Source: an uncultured bacterium (GTDB lineage Bacteria > Chlamydiota > Chlamydiia > Chlamydiales > SM23-39). From it: DNA of 64,000 nucleotides. A program made the translations under genes and the position numbers. The stretch's first letter is position 1. Each line of letters starts with the position of its first letter. The notes under the pieces were generated by a model that saw only the letters and a list, made by a program, of their open reading frames with translations, was not told the origin of the DNA and made no database searches. The stretch is from positions 1,536,001 to 1,600,000 of the forward strand of contig OY970323.1 of NCBI GenBank assembly GCA_963716985.1. The letters are read 5' to 3'. This document shows, piece after piece, positions 59,131-64,000 of this stretch.

Positions 59131-61641
59131 TTGCTAGATTCCCTTCAAACAAAAACAGTTAAAGAGCTCTTTCAACTACTCGACACATCGCCGGATGGTT
59201 TGCACCCGGATGAGGCCAAAAAAAGAGCGCTTATTTTTGGAAAAAACGCTTTAAAAGAAGAAAAGGCATCTCTTTGGCACATTTTTTTTCGTCAATTCAA
59301 CAACCTTTTGATCTATATCCTTTTGGCCGCCTCGATCATTAGCATTTCGCTTAGCCAATGGACCGATTTTTTTGTGATTTTTTTCCTTATTACGCTCAAT
59401 GGAGTCATCGGATTTTGGCAAGAGGTTAAAGCCGAAGAATCGATCGCATCGCTGAAAAAAATGACGGAAAGTCAAAATAAGGTCATGCGCGAGGGCCATC
59501 CGATCTACCTCCCTTCTTCTGATCTGGTACCCGGCGACTACCTTCTTCTTCACGAGGGAGATCTCGTCACAGCAGATATTCGGGTCTGCGAGAGCTCCGG
59601 TTTGATGATCGATGAATCTTCGATCACCGGAGAGTCCATGCCCGTCACAAAAGATCCAAAGGCCATTCTGACAGAGGACTCGCTTCCCTTCGAGTGCAAA
59701 AATATGCTCTTTGCCGGCACCTATGTCGTGAGAGGTGCCGGAAAAGGAGTGGTTGTCCGCACCGGGAAAAACACCTATCTTGCGCAGATTGCCGAAAAAG
59801 GAAAAGAGACCTCCCCGCCAACACCTCTGACAAAAGCGCTGCATTTTTTTACCAAACGATCGATCGGCCTGCTCTTGGTTCTCTTTTTTTTCCTGGAAAT
59901 TGTGGGATATCTCCAGGGCAGATCTCTTTTAGATCTCTCCTATATTTTACTCACGAGCCTGGTTTCCGTGGTTCCGGAAGGGCTTCCGATCGTAGTCACA
60001 TTGGTCATGGTCCTTGGAGCCGCTCTTCTGAGCAAAAAGCAGGCGCTCGTCCGCTATCTGCCCTCTGTAGAAACCTTGGGCAGCGTCACGATCATTGCCT
60101 CGGATAAAACAGGAACCATCACGAAGGGCCAACTAATCGTAAAAGAGGTCGTCTCTCCCCATCTTGAAAAACTCAAGCTCATCGCCGCTTTATGCAATGA
60201 CGCCCATGAAAGATTCGGAGATCCTCTCGACGTCGCTCTTGCAAATTGGGTAGAAGATTTCGAAGAAATGCAAAAAAAATACCCGCGAAAATGGTCTTTT
60301 TCTTTCGAAAGCCGGCACATGTTCATGGCAACGGTCCACCTGGCCTTCGGGGAAGACCTGCTTTTCATCAAGGGGGCTTTCGAAGCTCTTAAGGAAATGA
60401 GCGAGAATACAGAAGAGGTTGCCCTGTTCGAAAAGGCATTCCATCTGCTCTCGCAAAAGGGGCTGCGTGTTCTTTCCTTTGGGATGGGCAGATGGGAAAA
60501 CAAGGATCCTTCCCTTTGGAAAATCCAAATGATCGGCCTGATCGGCTTTCTCGATCCTCCCAAAGAGGGGATCAAAGAAGCGGTCTTGGCAGCAAAAGGA
60601 GCGGGCATCCGCGTTTTGATGCTCACCGGCGATCACCCGACAACGGCAAAGGCAATCGCAAGAGAGGTCGCCATTTTCACAGACGAAGACTCCTTTCTTT
60701 CGGGGAAAGAATTACAAAAACTTTCCGATGCCCATCTCTTTGAAGCCCTGCAAACCACTACAGTGCTCGCAAGAGTTCTGCCCGAATATAAATACCGAGT
60801 GGTCAAAGTGCTCCAAGAAAGCGGGGAAATTGTGGCGGTCACGGGCGATGGCATCAACGACATACCCGCACTGCGAGCGGCCGACATCGGAATTGCGATG
60901 GGAAGCGGATCGGAAGCGGCAAAGAGTGCATCGAAAATCATTCTGACGGACAACAATTTAAGAGTGATTGTCGACGCGATCAAAAATGCACGGGTCATTG
61001 CGGACAATATTCGCAAAGCCATTTATTATTTGACTGCCACCGGTCTGCAAGAGAGTTGCTTGATCTTTTTGGCCATCCTCAGTTTTCTTCCCCTTCCCCT
61101 ATCCGCTATTCAGATACTTTGGCTCAATCTTGTCACGGCAGGCGTTCAAGACAAAACCTTTCCTTTCGCAAAAGAAGAGGGAAACGTCATGAATCGAGCC
61201 CCGCGCAAACCAGAAGAGCAGTTTTTTGGAAAAAAACAAATCTTCAAAATACTCATCTACGGCATTCCCGTCGGCACTTTTTGTTTCTTTCTTTATCGCT
61301 ATCTTTTAACAGAGTACTCCTTCGAAATTTCCTCCACCATTCTTTTCACATCGGTTGTGATGTCCGAGTGGGCCAATGGCATCCAAGCACAAAAAGAATC
61401 AGAGCCCTTCTTTAAAAACATGCGAGCAAGTTTTACGATCAATCCCCTCATCTTTCTTGGCACGGGGGTGGGATTTGTCCTGCAATGCTCTGCTATTTAT
61501 TTTCTTCCCACGCTATTTCATGCAACGCCGCTTAGCCTGGAGCATTGGAAATATCCCTTTTTTGTTTTCCTTACTGTCTTTGGTTTTATTGAAATGACAA
61601 AATGGTGCGCATCCTTCTTTAGAAAAAAGAGGCCGGGATGA
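59131..61641 (+). CDS. Cation-transporting P-type ATPase (type II)
   Basis: TGES, PEGL, DKTGT, KGA, TGD, GDGIND. Confidence 0.93.
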   Translation: MLDSLQTKTVKELFQLLDTSPDGLHPDEAKKRALIFGKNALKEEKASLWHIFFRQFNNLLIYILLAASIISISLSQWTDFFVIFFLITLNGVIGFWQEVKAEESIASLKKMTESQNKVMREGHPIYLPSSDLVPGDYLLLHEGDLVTADIRVCESSGLMIDESSITGESMPVTKDPKAILTEDSLPFECKNMLFAGTYVVRGAGKGVVVRTGKNTYLAQIAEKGKETSPPTPLTKALHFFTKRSIGLLLVLFFFLEIVGYLQGRSLLDLSYILLTSLVSVVPEGLPIVVTLVMVLGAALLSKKQALVRYLPSVETLGSVTIIASDKTGTITKGQLIVKEVVSPHLEKLKLIAALCNDAHERFGDPLDVALANWVEDFEEMQKKYPRKWSFSFESRHMFMATVHLAFGEDLLFIKGAFEALKEMSENTEEVALFEKAFHLLSQKGLRVLSFGMGRWENKDPSLWKIQMIGLIGFLDPPKEGIKEAVLAAKGAGIRVLMLTGDHPTTAKAIAREVAIFTDEDSFLSGKELQKLSDAHLFEALQTTTVLARVLPEYKYRVVKVLQESGEIVAVTGDGINDIPALRAADIGIAMGSGSEAAKSASKIILTDNNLRVIVDAIKNARVIADNIRKAIYYLTATGLQESCLIFLAILSFLPLPLSAIQILWLNLVTAGVQDKTFPFAKEEGNVMNRAPRKPEEQFFGKKQIFKILIYGIPVGTFCFFLYRYLLTEYSFEISSTILFTSVVMSEWANGIQAQKESEPFFKNMRASFTINPLIFLGTGVGFVLQCSAIYFLPTLFHATPLSLEHWKYPFFVFLTVFGFIEMTKWCASFFRKKRPG

Positions 61642-61718
61642 AATTTTTCTAATCAGAAAATCTCTTTTTTTGCTAATACTATTAAAACAGTAAAACAACA
61701 CTCTACAAGGAAGGTTTT

Positions 61719-62327
61719 ATGAATCCAGGAAGCGGATCCACATCTGTATTTTCGCTCGCTCTTTCTATCTTTGTTGTATTTAACGCACTCGGTTTTATGC
61801 CGATCGTCATGGCCCTTTTGGCCCATTACGATACACATCGTCAGAAAAGGATTATTACACGCGAGTGCCTGATCGCTTTGGGCATTTTGCTGCTTTTCGG
61901 CTTCTTTGGCAACAAAGTTTTAGAAGTCATTGGAGTTCCTGCCGCTATTGTGACTGTTGCCGGCGGAGTTCTTCTTTTTCTGATTTCCTTAACAATGATC
62001 TTTCCCCCCAGCCCTGCCGATACAAAAGGGCTGCCCCACCACGAGCCCTTCATCGTTCCGATCGCCATGCCGGGTTTGGCCGGACCGGCATCGATTGCCA
62101 CCGTGGTCGTGTTTACAAACCAGGTAGGTGCGATGGAAACCGCTTTGGCCACGCTGATTGCTTGGCTCCCCTCCTTTGTCATTCTCTATCTCTCTTCTTA
62201 CATTCGAAATTTTCTTGGAGATAAAGGGATTCAAGCAGTGGAACGCCTCGGTGGTTTTCTCATCTGCTTAATCGGAACAAAAATGGTTCTTTTAGGAACT
62301 TTTTCTATGATCAAGGAAAACTTCTAA
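61719..62327 (+). CDS. MarC family membrane protein
   Basis: AGGVLLF, FIVPIAMP..AGPA, ERLGG. Confidence 0.9.
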   Translation: MNPGSGSTSVFSLALSIFVVFNALGFMPIVMALLAHYDTHRQKRIITRECLIALGILLLFGFFGNKVLEVIGVPAAIVTVAGGVLLFLISLTMIFPPSPADTKGLPHHEPFIVPIAMPGLAGPASIATVVVFTNQVGAMETALATLIAWLPSFVILYLSSYIRNFLGDKGIQAVERLGGFLICLIGTKMVLLGTFSMIKENF

Positions 62328-62351
62328 ACCAAAAAGAACTTTCGGACTTAT

Positions 62352-62385
62352 AAGCGGAAGAAAGATTTTTCTTCCGCTTTTTTTT
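62352..62385. terminator. Terminator hairpin between convergent genes
   Basis: AAGCGGAAGAAA-GATT-TTTCTTCCGCTT followed by a T run. Confidence 0.7.
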
Positions 62386-62457
62386 CACCACATACTTTCA
62401 TAACATTGCAAAGCTGGCCCTATTTCATTTTGCCAACGCCGCAAAAAACGGACATCC

Positions 62458-62772
62458 TTAGCGATGCCCGCCATGCCCGCCATGCCCTCCATGGCCGCTA
62501 CCGCCATGGCCATCCCCGCCATGCTCGCCTCGATGTTCTCTCCGATGCTCTCCCCGATGGCCTCTGAGATGGTCTCTGTAATGGCGGCGATGCCAATCGT
62601 GAAACTCATCTTCATCCTCGATCCAAATTCCTCCGTACCATCCCGGACCTATCCAAATTACCTCATCATCATCCTCTTCATAAACGTATTCCGGCCGGCC
62701 TCCTGCTGAAAGGCTCGAAAAAGGAGCCGTAGAGGTAATGATAAATGCCATAAAAAACAAAAACTTCTTCAT
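62458..62772 (-). CDS. Secreted acidic then His/Gly-rich small protein
   Basis: Signal peptide, EEDDDE, WIGPGWYGGIW, RGEH and GGH repeats. Confidence 0.7.
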   Translation of the reverse strand: MKKFLFFMAFIITSTAPFSSLSAGGRPEYVYEEDDDEVIWIGPGWYGGIWIEDEDEFHDWHRRHYRDHLRGHRGEHRREHRGEHGGDGHGGSGHGGHGGHGGHR

Positions 62773-63049
62773 AAACACCTTTTTTTTAATAACATTGTAT
62801 ATTTTTTAATTAGCATTTGCTCGAATTTGTTTTCATTAACTTTCTTAATCATTTGTGAGTTGTGAAAAAAAAGACCGGAAATCATCTCATTATTTATTCA
62901 CAACTTGAGATTGCAAGAAGAGTGCGATTAAAAAAACAGCAATTAGACTTAATTTTTTTGCTATGGGCGCAAAATCCCGTTGGATTTTACGCAAGCAATT
63001 TAAAATCATACGGTTAAGCTAAGTTGCAGATCCTGGTTGTAACATTTTT

Positions 63050-64000
63050 ATGTCGCAAAAAGAAAAATTGGAAATCCTAAAAACCTCGTTGAACAAACAT
63101 CGGGTTGTGACCATTGAGCAAATCTGCAAGATTCTGGGGGTTAAATCGCGCATGAGCGCGCACCGCTATTTACAGCAGATAGACTATTTGACAAGCTATT
63201 CACATGGAGGCAAGTACTACACCCTGCGAAAAACGGCAGAATTCGATCAATTCGGCTTGTGGTATTCCGGAGATATTGGATTTTCCACACATGGCACTCT
63301 GCTTGAAACCATTGTTCATTTAGTTGCTGACTCAGAAAAAGGGAAAACCACCGAGGAACTAACTCGCCAGTGTAGATTGCGGGTGCAAAACGCCTTGCTC
63401 CAACTGGTGAAAGAAAAAAAACTCTCTCGAGAAAAAACAGGTAACATCTATCGTTACCTCGGTGAACATGATCTGCACAAAAAACGACGGCAGAAAAAGC
63501 ATACTACTGACTCGGCACAGGATTCTCTTTCAGAGTGGATCGTGATTGATGTGTTAGTGGAGATCATTAGAAAATCGAAAGAAATCATTCATCCCACAGA
63601 GATCGCTGCCAGCTTACAAAAAAGAGGGTCATCAATTTCCCTGCATCAAGTACAGCAAGTGTTTCAGCTCCATTCATTGGAAAAAAAACACCGGATTTCG
63701 CGCTCTAACATTACTGATCACCTTGCGCAGTCGGGTGATTACGCAAATCAGCTCATTGAATCTTTTTCCTATCAGTCCAACAATTCGGGCGGAGTCGGAA
63801 CAAACAGACTGCTGTGGCGAGCTACTCCTCACGCAAAAAACAGAAGGACGAAGTATCATCACGCTGAGCATTGGCAAAATCCATATTCACGAAACGATAA
63901 AACAATGCAGAATCTGCAAAAAAATCTACGCCTCCGAACAACCAAGTCAATTGGCGCCTCAATGCTGTAATTTTGGCTTCGACATAATAGTGTACGCAGG
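63050..64000 (+). mobile_element. Unclassified two-frame transposon-like element (partial)
   Basis: ORF1 with HTH-like segments and LTSYSHGGKYYTL..GLW..FS.HGTL; A8 run at 63681-63688; second frame from about 63690 open to the window end with CRIC and NFGFDIIVY. Confidence 0.55.

Noticed and set aside
63689..63970. C-terminal part of the 306-aa ORF as real protein
   Set aside because: The overlapping +1 frame has the motif-like content; this tail is probably out-of-frame read-through
1..64000. CRISPR array, tRNA or rRNA genes
   Set aside because: No regularly spaced repeats or recognisable structural RNA motifs seen by eye; tRNAscan/Infernal not run

Overview
Bacterial chromosomal window with short intergenic spaces, tentatively from an environmental, probably anaerobic, Chlamydiota-like host. 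This is inferred from a chlamydia-style lipoprotein, bioY plus a BPL_N gene, Inc-like hydrophobic ORFs and a UmuDAb-type umuD, and is not proven. The housekeeping backbone includes DAHP synthase, DpsL, nrdDG with tandem NrdR boxes, a U32 hydroxylase-chorismate mutase-TIGR01212 radical SAM operon, budA, pntA, znuABC-like genes, bioY, csaA, pncA, a C69 dipeptidase, a DEAD-box helicase, a Uup-like ABC-F, RidA, umuDC, csp, a short alaS, prfC, a P-type ATPase and MarC. It is interrupted by AT-rich accessory islets. These hold five toxin-antitoxin-like pairs (four with readable operators), HigB and resolvase remnants, a nested group II intron pair (twintron relic), intact IS982, IS630, IS66 and IS701-like elements with IRs and target duplications, several IS remnants, and an unclassified two-frame transposon-like element at the right edge. 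The most interesting candidates are (1) a prephenate-supplied, O2-independent RNA-modification operon, (2) a group II intron inserted right after the inferred YADD codons of another intron's RT, (3) a UmuDAb-like self-regulating umuD, and (4) the frameshifted element at the window end. I saw no rRNA, tRNA or CRISPR array. All family calls come from motif recognition; no database searches were run.
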